Positions 46,499 through 54,656 of a stretch of 54,656 bases of DNA are shown in pieces. Origin of the DNA: a virus (Duplodnaviria; Caudoviricetes); IMG/VR virus record IMGVR_UViG_3300037518_000672, positions 1 to 54,656 of that record; one strand, 5' to 3'. Position numbers and translations under genes: made by a program. The notes under the pieces were generated by a model. The model did not search any database, was not told where the DNA came from, and saw nothing but the letters and a program-made list of their open reading frames with translations. Each line of letters opens with the position of its first letter. Positions within the stretch are counted from its first letter, which is position 1.

Positions 46499-46693
46499 AT
46501 GGACACGTCAGAAAAAACATTGATCATTGATGATGCGGAAACTGAAACCGTCCCAACGCCGGACCCCCAAGACTTTCCTAAATCCTGGTTAAAGGCCCTG
46601 GCCTTCGCTAAAAAGGCCAGGGAAGAGTTACTCTTGGAAGGGGAGAGTTTTGATACGGTGGGTCTGCTTACCTTTTTGATCACACATTCCTGA
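46499..46693 (+). CDS. Small hypothetical protein
   Basis: TATAAT and AGGAGG upstream. Confidence 0.55.
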   Translation: MDTSEKTLIIDDAETETVPTPDPQDFPKSWLKALAFAKKAREELLLEGESFDTVGLLTFLITHS

Positions 46694-46886
46694 GCTCACC
46701 GAGCAGTTTTTCGATCTCCTCGGTCTTTTTACCTTCGGACAAAACTTTAGCGACCACCTCGTAGGCGGCCACAAACCGCCTCACTCTTATAGTCAGGTCT
46801 TGGGTGGGAGCGCCCGCCGAGAGTTGCAATGCGGCAGCAACTTTGGCGACTTCTAAATTTTCGGTATTTGGAATAATTTGAGTCAC
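46680..46886 (-). CDS. Small hypothetical protein
   Basis: AAGGAG RBS before GTG 46886. Confidence 0.5.
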   Translation of the reverse strand: MTQIIPNTENLEVAKVAAALQLSAGAPTQDLTIRVRRFVAAYEVVAKVLSEGKKTEEIEKLLGELRNV

Positions 46887-46906
46887 TTTTCTCCTTTCGG
46901 ATAAAC

Positions 46907-46938
46907 AAAAAGCCTCGCCATTAGGCGGGGCTTTTTTT
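46907..46938. terminator. Bidirectional intrinsic terminator downstream of the attP tRNA fragment
   Basis: A-run, GC hairpin, T-run. Confidence 0.7.
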
Positions 46939-46957
46939 GTGCCCCACCGGGCGAGAG

Positions 46958-46999
46958 AGGCGACGGCGGGATTCGAACCCGCGAATGGAGGTTTTGCAG
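46958..46999 (-). other. attP core: 3' half of tRNA-Cys(GCA)
   Basis: CTGCAAAACCTCCATTCGCGGGTTCGAATCCCGCCGTCGCCT gives anticodon loop, T arm and acceptor 3' strand; the 5' half is absent. Confidence 0.8.
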
Positions 47000-47003
47000 T
47001 TGT

Positions 47004-47049
47004 AAACCCAAAAGCCCCCACTCATCGACGAGTGGGGGCTTTTGGGTTT
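47004..47049. terminator. 20-bp-arm perfect hairpin next to attP
   Basis: AAACCCAAAAGCCCCCACTC / GAGTGGGGGCTTTTGGGTTT. Confidence 0.65.
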
Positions 47050-47120
47050 TGGGTTGGCCGAGGGGGGCCAAGGAGTTTGGAAGGCCCGCGTACTGGCTAA
47101 TCGTGTAGTTTTAAAAAAAC

Positions 47121-47172
47121 CACCTATTTAATTAAATTGTCTCTTGACAATTTAATTAAATAGGTGTATAGT
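47121..47172 (+). promoter_or_regulatory. Consensus promoter embedded in a perfect 21-bp inverted repeat
   Basis: TTGACA(47144)-17-TATAGT; arms 47121-47141 and 47146-47166. Confidence 0.8.
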
Positions 47173-47249
47173 ATTCTTAATTCAATTAAATTGATTTTGC
47201 CGGGTGGCAGGATCACAATAGCAGCCCCAGGTGGGGCAAGGAGATCAAA

Positions 47250-47588
47250 ATGCCAGAGCTAACGATTAACAACATCATCGATTGGAACGAGGTGCCGGGC
47301 AGCAACACTTACTTCCGCACCAGCGATGTAGCCCCCTTTATCACCGATGACAACACTCTCAATATTTACAACAGCCGTGGGCAGCGCCGAAGCTGGGGAA
47401 CCCCCTCGGTTGACTCCAAGGTCACCAAAATCACCGACGATGTGGTAATGGTGACGGTAGTTGGCTGGCACAAGCACACCGTTGGGCCGGTCGGCGGGAC
47501 TTTCTATTTTGTGAATGACGGTGGTCAGTGGGTTCGCCGCCGGGCCAACGCCAATGCGGTCAAGGCTGTTCTAGCGATGGCCAGCTAG
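47250..47588 (+). CDS. Hypothetical protein (early operon)
   Basis: AAGGAG RBS downstream of the promoter. Confidence 0.7.
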   Translation: MPELTINNIIDWNEVPGSNTYFRTSDVAPFITDDNTLNIYNSRGQRRSWGTPSVDSKVTKITDDVVMVTVVGWHKHTVGPVGGTFYFVNDGGQWVRRRANANAVKAVLAMAS

Positions 47589-47733
47589 TACAACCCCCCA
47601 GCCCGGCGGGGTCAAGCCGGGCAATCCCGCAAACGTCGCCAAGCTTGTGGCGCGGGGTAAGCCTCCAGGTGGAGGCAGGTGCGGCGACAAACAAATCAAT
47701 TTAGCGCCCCAGGTGGGGCAAAGGGGAATAGCT

Positions 47734-48741
47734 GTGAGTACGTTAGTGGTAAAGTACAAATTGTCGGAAGAAGCCCAAAAACGAATTTTTGTCGAAACCG
47801 GGCAGAAGCCCAACGAGGTTCAAGAGGTTGAAATTGATCTGGCCGAGTTGACTCCTGAGCAGCGAGCGCACGTGGTCGCTGTCGGGGAGTGGAAACTGAG
47901 CGGCGATAAAATTGGCGTAAATTTAGGTTATCAAGCCGCCCGCCTTTACGATGGCATCTCGTTTTTAAAAGATAGGGCCATAGCTGATAAGTGGATTAAG
48001 GCCGACAACATTTATTTCGATCACATTTTGTCGAATGATGAGATTTTGCTTGCAGTAGCGGCCTACGCCAAGCGCCGGCAGGCTCTTCTGGAAGAGGCCG
48101 CCCCGTTAGTGGCCGAGGCCCAGGTCGAAATCGAGCGGCTGGCCGCCGAGGAAGCCCGGCTACAAGCTGCTGCTGACCGGCTGCTTGAACAGGCCGAGGC
48201 TATCTCTGGCGATGAGGAGGCCCTAAAAGCCTTGCGCGACAACACTCCCAAGGAGGTGCTGGAATTTAATCCAAAAAACAGGGTACACACCTCGACCGGT
48301 GTCAAATTTTACGGTCTCTACTTGAGGCCTTTTGAAGAGGCCCGCAAAGAGGCCCGGAAACAGCAACTTGAAGCCGAGCGCAAGGCTTGGATTGAGCAGC
48401 ACGGCAGCGAGCGGTTGAAATTGGCCGTCAAGCATGGTCACCCGGTAGACCGCATTTTTGTCCTGGAGTATGCCAGAGCCGAATACCCCGGTTGGGTGGT
48501 AGACTTCTTCAACAATGCCGACTGGAGCGACCGAACAAACCCGCCGCTATCCGAGCTAAAGGCCCTGGAGTCTGCCGAAACCGAGACCAGTAAAACCGTT
48601 CACCTGGTATGGCTCGCCTCGCCGCCTCAAAGCCAACCATCTGATAACCGCTACTGGGACGGCGAGGAGGATTTCGAGAAAGGGCCGGCTCTGGTCATTC
48701 GCAAGTTTTTGGACAAGTACGACCTAGTTAAGATGATCTAA
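47734..48741 (+). CDS. Hypothetical protein
   Basis: AAGGGG RBS before GTG 47734; long ORF. Confidence 0.7.
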   Translation: MSTLVVKYKLSEEAQKRIFVETGQKPNEVQEVEIDLAELTPEQRAHVVAVGEWKLSGDKIGVNLGYQAARLYDGISFLKDRAIADKWIKADNIYFDHILSNDEILLAVAAYAKRRQALLEEAAPLVAEAQVEIERLAAEEARLQAAADRLLEQAEAISGDEEALKALRDNTPKEVLEFNPKNRVHTSTGVKFYGLYLRPFEEARKEARKQQLEAERKAWIEQHGSERLKLAVKHGHPVDRIFVLEYARAEYPGWVVDFFNNADWSDRTNPPLSELKALESAETETSKTVHLVWLASPPQSQPSDNRYWDGEEDFEKGPALVIRKFLDKYDLVKMI

Positions 48742-48791
48742 AATTATTAGCAGCCCTGCCCGGAGGCGTTGTATCCGGGCTTGGAGGAGCT

Positions 48792-48968
48792 ATGGATATT
48801 GAGTTTAAATTAGTTGTTTGTCCGGCGTGTGATGGCGATGGCAACTGCGCTCACTGTGGCGGTGATTATGTGGACCCAAACAATTACGATGAGGATTGTC
48901 CGGCTTGCGGCGGTGATGGCCGATGCGCCACTTGTGACGGTGCCGGAGAGGTGAATCAGGATGAGTGA
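48792..48968 (+). CDS. Small DnaJ-type Zn-finger protein, 58 aa (below ORF-track cutoff)
   Basis: CPACDGDG, CAHCGG, CPACGGDG, CATCDGAG; GGAGG RBS. Confidence 0.7.
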   Translation: MDIEFKLVVCPACDGDGNCAHCGGDYVDPNNYDEDCPACGGDGRCATCDGAGEVNQDE

Positions 48969-49527
48969 GCAACAGCTTCAGCAATATCACGAAATCACCA
49001 AAGCGTTTGTGCTAGAAATGATAAACGATACCACCCATCGCCTGGGGAACAATTTTTTAGTTCACCTGGATGGTCAGCAATTGGCCCAGATCAACTTGGC
49101 CTTCCAAAATCCGCTACAATCCCCCATCGGCCAGCAGCTTGACGAAATCGCCCGCGCTGCCTGCGGGCTAATGACCGATGACGAGGAGGGCATCAACCGG
49201 GGCACCGTCTACGAGGGCATCCAAGACTTGATGGAGCAGCTATTTGCCCCGCCTGGTTTAGGCGCGGTATACACAATCCCCAGCGAGTTTTGGCAAACCG
49301 ACCTGGGGGCGATGGTCAGCAAAGCCTGGTTGTGGGTCCGACAGGATAGATTGATTACTCAATCTGAGGCCGCCAAAATAGCGGGCGTCTCAGTGGCTGC
49401 TATCGGGATGGCTATTCGGGACGGCCGGCTTTCAAGCCACCACGATCCCGACGTACCCAACCCGCGCCAGGGTGGAACTAAGGTCAGCGAGTGGGAGGTC
49501 AAAAAAGCGTTTTTGGGGGGCAAGTGA
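48961..49527 (+). CDS. Protein with C-terminal HTH
   Basis: ITQSEAAKIAGVSVAAIGMAIRDGRL. Confidence 0.7.
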   Translation: MSEQQLQQYHEITKAFVLEMINDTTHRLGNNFLVHLDGQQLAQINLAFQNPLQSPIGQQLDEIARAACGLMTDDEEGINRGTVYEGIQDLMEQLFAPPGLGAVYTIPSEFWQTDLGAMVSKAWLWVRQDRLITQSEAAKIAGVSVAAIGMAIRDGRLSSHHDPDVPNPRQGGTKVSEWEVKKAFLGGK

Positions 49528-49810
49528 GACGCAACCTAAAAATCTTCCGTATTCAGGCCCAGAGGCCGGTGGCCCAAAAACAGCAGCCGCTCGGCACCTG
49601 TGACCACTGCCTGGGGCCAATCCCGGCCAACCTGGGGCCATACACCACAAAGGGCCGGCCCCGGCTCTACTGCGGGCGAGATTGCCAAAACACGGCCAAC
49701 AGCCGGGCCGGATCACCGGAGCCGTCAACTGAACCTGAATAGTTATCTATAATAACCCACAGTTAGCCACCTGCCTACGTTAAGAAAAGGACGCGCTACC
49801 CTGTAAGCAC

Positions 49811-49839
49811 TTGACATATACGCACCATTGATGTATAGT
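49811..49839 (+). promoter_or_regulatory. Promoter for a leaderless RHH-tnpB transcript
   Basis: TTGACA-17-TATAGT; ATG 6 nt downstream. Confidence 0.75.
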
Positions 49840-49845
49840 ATCTGT

Positions 49846-49983
49846 ATGGTCAGAATAAATATCTACATCCTCAAAGAGCAATACGAACAACTGAAAAAAT
49901 TAGCTACGAGTCGAATCAAGGTGTCCGAACATATTCGCCGGGCCATCGATGACTACCTGGAGAAATGTAAACCAAGTGAGTAA
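49846..49983 (+). CDS. CopG/RHH DNA-binding protein, 45 aa (below ORF-track cutoff)
   Basis: MVRINIYILKEQYEQLKKLA...VSEHIRRAIDDYL. Confidence 0.8.
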   Translation: MVRINIYILKEQYEQLKKLATSRIKVSEHIRRAIDDYLEKCKPSE

Positions 49984-51376
49984 AGTCACCCGAATTGCCT
50001 ATGGTGCAAATCTGAACCAGGGCAAGCACGACCAGTTAGCTGAGATAGCCGACCGTCTCGGCTTGCTCCGGTCTGAGGTATGGCAGCGATATGGGTCTAT
50101 CGCCGGGGTAGGTTTGACTGATCGCAAAATTCGGGATCAATGGTTAGCCGAAGGCAGGCGTTTTGATATTCCGGCCAGGCTATGGAAAGAAACCCTGCGG
50201 GTCACCATTGCAGACATTACCGCCTATCGAGAGGCGGCTAAGGTTGAGGTGAGGCAGGCTATCAGGCGACATACCAGCGACGAACAGGAACAAAAGCGAC
50301 TGTATACCTTACTCAAGTACGACCGATGGACAGAAGATAGTTACTTGCGCCGCCAGATGCGGGAACATTTCAAGCACGGACAAACCCAGGTGGACAATCA
50401 AATCGTGCTTGATTCCGACTGCTATACCACCTTTGAGTTGAACGGAAAGACTTGGCTCAAGGTGATGGGCCCGGTATCTGGTCAAAGAATAACTATCCCC
50501 CTAAATACCAATATCGAAATATCGGGTTCGATTCGGTTGATCCTGAGAGATGGACGAATCGAAGTTCACTATGCGGTCGAAGAAAGTTCCGTTTGCGTCA
50601 CCCGGCCTTGTGGGGACAAGACGCTTGGGATTGACAAGGGGTATACCGAAGTCTATGTCGATTCGGATGGGGACCGGCATGGCGAGGGGTTGGGAAAAAC
50701 CCTATCTACGGAATCAGATTATCTCAAGGTCAAATATCAGCGACGTAACAAGCTCAAGGCGATTGCTGATAAGAAGCCTCGTAAACGAGACAAGATACTC
50801 AAGAACAATCTTGGCCGAAAGAAGCTGGATCAACGCAAGAAACAACACCGGCAGAAAGTTCGGGACAAGATATACAAGGCCACCCATTCCGTAGTAGACA
50901 AAGCCAGACAGGTTGTATGTGAAGACCTGCCCGGCCTGATTGTCGGCAAGTCGTTTGGTAAAAATCAGAATCGACGGCTATCCGGTTGGGTCAAAGGGAT
51001 AATGGCCGAGTCTTTAGAAGCGGTAACCCGGCGCAGAGGTTCTGCGCCTTTAGCATTGGTCAACGCGGCCTACAGTTCGCAAACAGATTCGAGATACGGC
51101 GTCTTGCTTGGAGAGCGTCGTGGGGATCGGTTTTACTGTTTTGACGGGGTGCTGTTGGACGCTGACCACAATGCTGCTTTGAATTTGCTGGCAAGATTAG
51201 ATGATCCTGAGATTGGACGGTTTACGCCGTACAAACAGGTGAAGTCTATTTTGCTGGCACGAACAAAGCAATTCACGGTTGATACTGGATCAACCCAGGC
51301 TCTAGTTGCAGCGGCCCAAGATGCACCGTCGCTATCAACAGAGTGCGAATTACCTTTTTTGATTAACTTTGGCTAA
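49976..51376 (+). CDS. tnpB: TnpB-family RNA-guided nuclease (second, divergent copy)
   Basis: RuvC D (GIDKG), E (VCEDL), D (DADHNAALN); Zn finger degenerate; start GTG 49976 or ATG 49949. Confidence 0.85.
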   Translation: MSKVTRIAYGANLNQGKHDQLAEIADRLGLLRSEVWQRYGSIAGVGLTDRKIRDQWLAEGRRFDIPARLWKETLRVTIADITAYREAAKVEVRQAIRRHTSDEQEQKRLYTLLKYDRWTEDSYLRRQMREHFKHGQTQVDNQIVLDSDCYTTFELNGKTWLKVMGPVSGQRITIPLNTNIEISGSIRLILRDGRIEVHYAVEESSVCVTRPCGDKTLGIDKGYTEVYVDSDGDRHGEGLGKTLSTESDYLKVKYQRRNKLKAIADKKPRKRDKILKNNLGRKKLDQRKKQHRQKVRDKIYKATHSVVDKARQVVCEDLPGLIVGKSFGKNQNRRLSGWVKGIMAESLEAVTRRRGSAPLALVNAAYSSQTDSRYGVLLGERRGDRFYCFDGVLLDADHNAALNLLARLDDPEIGRFTPYKQVKSILLARTKQFTVDTGSTQALVAAAQDAPSLSTECELPFLINFG

Positions 51377-51503
51377 GAAAAAAGGAACAGCGCAGCCGCA
51401 AAGCCACGGATTGGTATCCCGGCGAGGACGAATGGGAAGCCGAGGAGCATTTGCAAAGTTAAAGCCCCCCGGCCCAATTTAGACCTATAAGGTTTGCGAA
51501 ACC

Positions 51504-52520
51504 TTATAGGTCTTTTAGATCCGGCCCATAGCGGCCGTGGGCCTCTTGCAGCTCGGCGGTGTTAAAGCGGGCGTAGATTTTGGTCACATCCGTGGTGCTG
51601 TGGCCCATCAAGTCGGAGAGCTGCACGGTGGGGATGCCCTTGAGGGTGGTGTCTCGCCCGAACGCATGCCGCCAGGCATGCGGGCTGAAGGCGTCTTCGT
51701 CCAGGCCGGCCCGCTCGGCTACTCGTCTGAAGACGAGATAAATGCCGTTATAGGTCAGCGGCCCCTGGTGGCCCTGAAAGACGGCGTCGCCGGGGCCGGC
51801 CCGTTTCAGGCTGGCCCGGTAGGCGGTCAGGGCCTGGGCCGTGGGCGCCCGAAAAAAAGCGGGTCGGTGTTTGCCCCCTTTGCCCACGAGGTGAGCCTTG
51901 TTTTCCTCAAGGAAAACATTTCCCCAGGTCAACCCCTCGGCCTCGATGGCCCGACAGCCGGTGTCGCGGAAAAATAGCAGCAGCGCCCGCTCGCGGTCAT
52001 CCTCGACGGCCTCGATCATCTGCTCGATGTGAGCCCGGGTAATCGCCTTGGGCGGTGCATCCTGGGGCAATTTGGGCGGGTGGATGCTGGTCATCGGATC
52101 TGAGCCCAGATAATTCTGCTCGAACAGCCAGCGGCCAAAGCGGGTCAAAATGTGATAGTGCCCCTTGAGGGTGTAGGGCGACCAGCCGCGCCCCTTCAGG
52201 CTGGCCCAGTAGGCCAGCCAGGTCTCGCCGGCTTCGAGGCCGGCGCCGGTTCGGACCAGCCACTCCCCGAATTGCCCCAGCCGATTACGGTAGCCCTTGA
52301 GCGTGACCGGCCGCAAATCCTCGTTGATATCCAGGTAGATCAAAAACTGAGCGATCAGGCCCGGCACATCCAGAGCCGGGCCGCCGGGATCGGGGCCGAG
52401 CGTGTATTCCAACTGCTGGCCGTTGGGCAGCGCCAGGATGATCGAGCGGCACCCCGGCGGCAGGCTGGACAGGTCGATCTTGAGATGGTGGCCATTGAAG
52501 ACAAAATTCACGTTGAACAT
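51504..52520 (-). CDS. Tyrosine integrase (core-binding + catalytic domains)
   Basis: DTGCR, GKGGK, HAWRH, MGH, IY. Confidence 0.9.
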   Translation of the reverse strand: MFNVNFVFNGHHLKIDLSSLPPGCRSIILALPNGQQLEYTLGPDPGGPALDVPGLIAQFLIYLDINEDLRPVTLKGYRNRLGQFGEWLVRTGAGLEAGETWLAYWASLKGRGWSPYTLKGHYHILTRFGRWLFEQNYLGSDPMTSIHPPKLPQDAPPKAITRAHIEQMIEAVEDDRERALLLFFRDTGCRAIEAEGLTWGNVFLEENKAHLVGKGGKHRPAFFRAPTAQALTAYRASLKRAGPGDAVFQGHQGPLTYNGIYLVFRRVAERAGLDEDAFSPHAWRHAFGRDTTLKGIPTVQLSDLMGHSTTDVTKIYARFNTAELQEAHGRYGPDLKDL

Positions 52521-52596
52521 GCGTTCCCCTTTTCTTGGTGGTTGATTTAGAAAAATGCCTCGACCGGGTATAATCACTAGAGCAAGGGGTGATTTG

Positions 52597-52920
52597 ATGG
52601 ATGGATTTGAGGCGGTCCTGGATCTCGTTCGACGGGCCGAACACCCGGATTATGGCTCCATTGGCTACGATGGGCAGAAGCGAGTGATCACCACCACTGT
52701 GCAATTTGACCTGGTCACCGGCCGACAGGAGGATCCTGAATTGATCCGGCAGCGAGCGGTACGTTACCTGGAGGGCTTAACTCCGGAAGAGCGTCAGTTG
52801 CTGGATGTGGAGGTGGTTTTTCGAGCCGGCGCGCCGGTGCGGGCCGTCCTCAAGGGATCGACCGAGGACTTGCCGCCGGCCCGACTGGTGGAACTGAGTC
52901 GAAAACTAACTCAATTGTAA
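52597..52920 (+). CDS. Hypothetical protein
   Basis: TATAAT and AAGGGG upstream. Confidence 0.6.
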   Translation: MDGFEAVLDLVRRAEHPDYGSIGYDGQKRVITTTVQFDLVTGRQEDPELIRQRAVRYLEGLTPEERQLLDVEVVFRAGAPVRAVLKGSTEDLPPARLVELSRKLTQL

Positions 52921-53020
52921 CAGAACAGCTATAACGGTTCTCAGCAAAATTCAATTTACCACATCAACCTCCAGAGCGAAGAACGCGCGGTGGCCGGGAT
53001 CGGCTTACCGCGTTTTTTTA

Positions 53021-53065
53021 TTGCCTAAATTGACAATTGAAGCTCAGTCACAAATTCACTAGAAT
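53021..53065 (+). promoter_or_regulatory. Promoter sharing a 20-nt motif with 9421-9440
   Basis: TTGCCTAAATTGACAATTGA; TTGAAG-17-TAGAAT; preceded by a terminator hairpin. Confidence 0.6.
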
Positions 53066-53076
53066 AGAGTCGAACC

Positions 53077-53310
53077 ATGAGAAACGATCCCGAACCCCCC
53101 ATCTCGATACGCCATCCACCGGCGAAAGGGTTGCGGATACTGACCTGGCAGCAGGTCGAAGAGTTGGACGCACGCATCAATTTGCTGTGCGCCTATGCCG
53201 AGCAAACCGGCGAGGAGTTGATGATGCCGATCTACGTCTCGCTCCGGGGCATGCCGGTCAAGATCGGCCGACCGGCGATTTTGGATAAATTCAAGCCGGG
53301 CCGGATTTGA
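53077..53310 (+). CDS. Small hypothetical protein
   Basis: First ORF after the promoter. Confidence 0.55.
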   Translation: MRNDPEPPISIRHPPAKGLRILTWQQVEELDARINLLCAYAEQTGEELMMPIYVSLRGMPVKIGRPAILDKFKPGRI

Positions 53311-53342
53311 TCGAATTGAGCAGTTTTTGAAAGGCGAATATT

Positions 53343-53660
53343 TTGCCCGTCAGAGTGGTAGTCACACCGGGGCAGTCTGCACTTTGCGCAGACTGCCCCT
53401 TTTTTTTATCCAACCGGCAGCGCCAGGTGCTGGCGTTCGCGGCCCAGGGCCTGACCGACCGGGCCACGGCCTGGCAACTGCAATTGTCGCCACGCACGGT
53501 CCGCGCCTATCTACAGCAGGCCCGCCGCGAACTCGGCGGGCGCAACACGACCCACGCGGTGGCCATCGCCCTCGGGCATGGCCTGATCGATCAGGCTGAA
53601 TTAAGGAGACCCGCAACCATGCAGATGGAGCACGAGCGCGGGGGGACGGACGGAGGGTGA
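53343..53660 (+). CDS. LuxR-type HTH regulator
   Basis: LSNRQRQVL...GLTD...LSPRTVRAYL...LG..NTTHAV; start uncertain. Confidence 0.8.
   Translation: MPVRVVVTPGQSALCADCPFFLSNRQRQVLAFAAQGLTDRATAWQLQLSPRTVRAYLQQARRELGGRNTTHAVAIALGHGLIDQAELRRPATMQMEHERGGTDGG
53345..53407 (+). terminator. Putative antitermination switch 3, in the 5' end of the luxR-like ORF
   Basis: GCCCGTCAGAG..CCGGGGCAGTC; 12-bp hairpin followed by T8. Confidence 0.6.
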
Positions 53661-53735
53661 TTCAGCCTGACTAACAGCTTGTGGTTAAGATGGCCGAAAA
53701 GCGTACTTTTCGGCCATCTTTGAGGGAACGCACGA

Positions 53736-54296
53736 ATGAAGCCAAGAGGCCAAGGGAAGAGTTCAGCCAGGCGGTTGCCGACCTGGTTGACCGAGGCGGA
53801 GCGCAAGCGCATGATGCTGCTGGAGCTATCCGCCCGAGACAAGGCGATCCTGGCGCTTTTCCTGTTCGCCGGCCTGCGCTGCAACGAGCTGCGGATGCTC
53901 GACGTGGGAGACATCGACTTCCAGGATTTGAGTATTTTTGTCCGCTTCGGCAAACGAGCCAAGCAGCGCATCCTGCCGTTGCATATCGAGGCGGCCACCG
54001 CCCTGGAGTCGTACCTGGCCGGACGTGCGGCCGGGCCGCTCTTCTTCAGCCAGCGCCGGCAGCGGATCAGCCTGCGGCGGCTGCGCTCGCTCATCAAGGA
54101 GCTGGGGCGGAAAGCTGAATTGCGGAAAGATATCCATCCGCACGCGCTGCGGCACACTTTTGCCGTGGCCCTGATGGATCGAGAGGTCAATTTAGAGACG
54201 ATCCGGGACATGCTCGGCCACGAGGACATCAGCACTACCTCGATTTATCTCCATTGCTCCACGGCCAGACGCCGGCGGGCCGTGGACAGGCTGTAG
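53736..54296 (+). CDS. Tyrosine recombinase, catalytic domain only
   Basis: AGLR, GKRAK, HALRH, LGH, IY; no N-terminal core-binding domain. Confidence 0.9.
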   Translation: MKPRGQGKSSARRLPTWLTEAERKRMMLLELSARDKAILALFLFAGLRCNELRMLDVGDIDFQDLSIFVRFGKRAKQRILPLHIEAATALESYLAGRAAGPLFFSQRRQRISLRRLRSLIKELGRKAELRKDIHPHALRHTFAVALMDREVNLETIRDMLGHEDISTTSIYLHCSTARRRRAVDRL

Positions 54297-54408
54297 AGGT
54301 TTTGCCCGGTTGCCGGCAGATGACCATCGAAGGTAACGGCGCGATCCCGGCTTGACCTGGTGCGCCTGGCCCTCAAAAGTTGGACAATATCTTGAACGGA
54401 GGTTGGCA

Positions 54409-54656
54409 ATGGCACGTGTGACAGCGAAGCAGCTCAGGGAGAAAGCAACTCAAATCATACTCCTGAAGGCCGCTTACGATCAGTACAAAGCCCTGGAGGA
54501 CGAACTCAAAACGGGCATGCTCGAGATCAATTTCAAAGAGATCGATTTGGGTGAGGCCGGCCGGGTGTTCGTCTCCACCTCGGAGCGGATCACCGTCTCG
54601 CCCGAGCTGGCCCTGGAAACGCTGGGGCCAAAACTGGCCGCCAAAATCATCCAGAT
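54409..54656 (+). CDS. 5' part of the junction-spanning hypothetical protein (continues to 263)
   Basis: GGAGG RBS, ATG 54409, open through the overlap. Confidence 0.75.
   Translation, partial: MARVTAKQLREKATQIILLKAAYDQYKALEDELKTGMLEINFKEIDLGEAGRVFVSTSERITVSPELALETLGPKLAAKIIQ
54530..54656. repeat. Terminal direct repeat, right copy
   Basis: Identical to 1-127. Confidence 0.95.

Larger units (their letters stand above)
49722..51390 (+). mobile_element. Non-autonomous IS200/605/607-superfamily element (RHH gene + tnpB, no transposase)
   Basis: Lower GC; interrupts an ORF; AG(C) shared at both junctions. Confidence 0.75.
49524..51462 (+). pseudogene. Zn-finger gene interrupted by the TnpB element
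   Basis: Joining 49524-49721 to 51391-51462 restores a frame: CDHC...RLYCGRDC...AGSPE-RSRKATDW...stop. Confidence 0.7.

Noticed and set aside
46958-46999. Functional tRNA-Cys gene
   Set aside because: The 5' acceptor strand and D arm are missing; consistent with attP.
49722-51390. IStron (group I intron-IS hybrid) restoring the interrupted gene
   Set aside because: Only about 90 nt lie between the left end and the internal promoter, and no intron core is visible.

Overview
The window is a complete, circularly assembled temperate tailed-phage genome of about 54,529 bp (the first 127 nt repeat at 54530-54656). The host is probably a Chloroflexota bacterium; this is inferred from REP-like repeats and a DnaA_N-type initiator, not proven. 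The + strand (about 53 kb through the join to 27.1 kb) carries packaging, head and siphovirus-like tail genes. A long - strand operon (44.8 kb to 27.1 kb) encodes a DnaQ-like exonuclease, a HAD nucleotidase, a prim-pol, two ParB-like proteins, a DHH phosphoesterase, a ParM-like actin with an adaptor, and a DnaA_N initiator next to a palindrome-rich origin candidate. There is also a tRNA-Cys-derived attP, two tyrosine recombinases and an RHH+TnpB insertion that interrupts a gene. The most notable locus is 7.7-9.4 kb. An intact TnpB is followed by a typical omega-RNA scaffold that runs directly into a mini CRISPR-like array (29-nt repeats, 32-nt spacers), and no cas genes are recognisable. Both spacers are diverged matches to this phage's own sequence on either side of the cassette. 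This suggests a TnpB-to-Cas12 intermediate used for phage-versus-phage competition or RNA-guided homing. Other signals are a putative antitermination RNA switch present three times, a 2H phosphoesterase (Acb1-like) fused to the prohead protease, and tandem aberrant tRNA-like RNAs. All protein calls come from reading motifs by eye; no searches were run.
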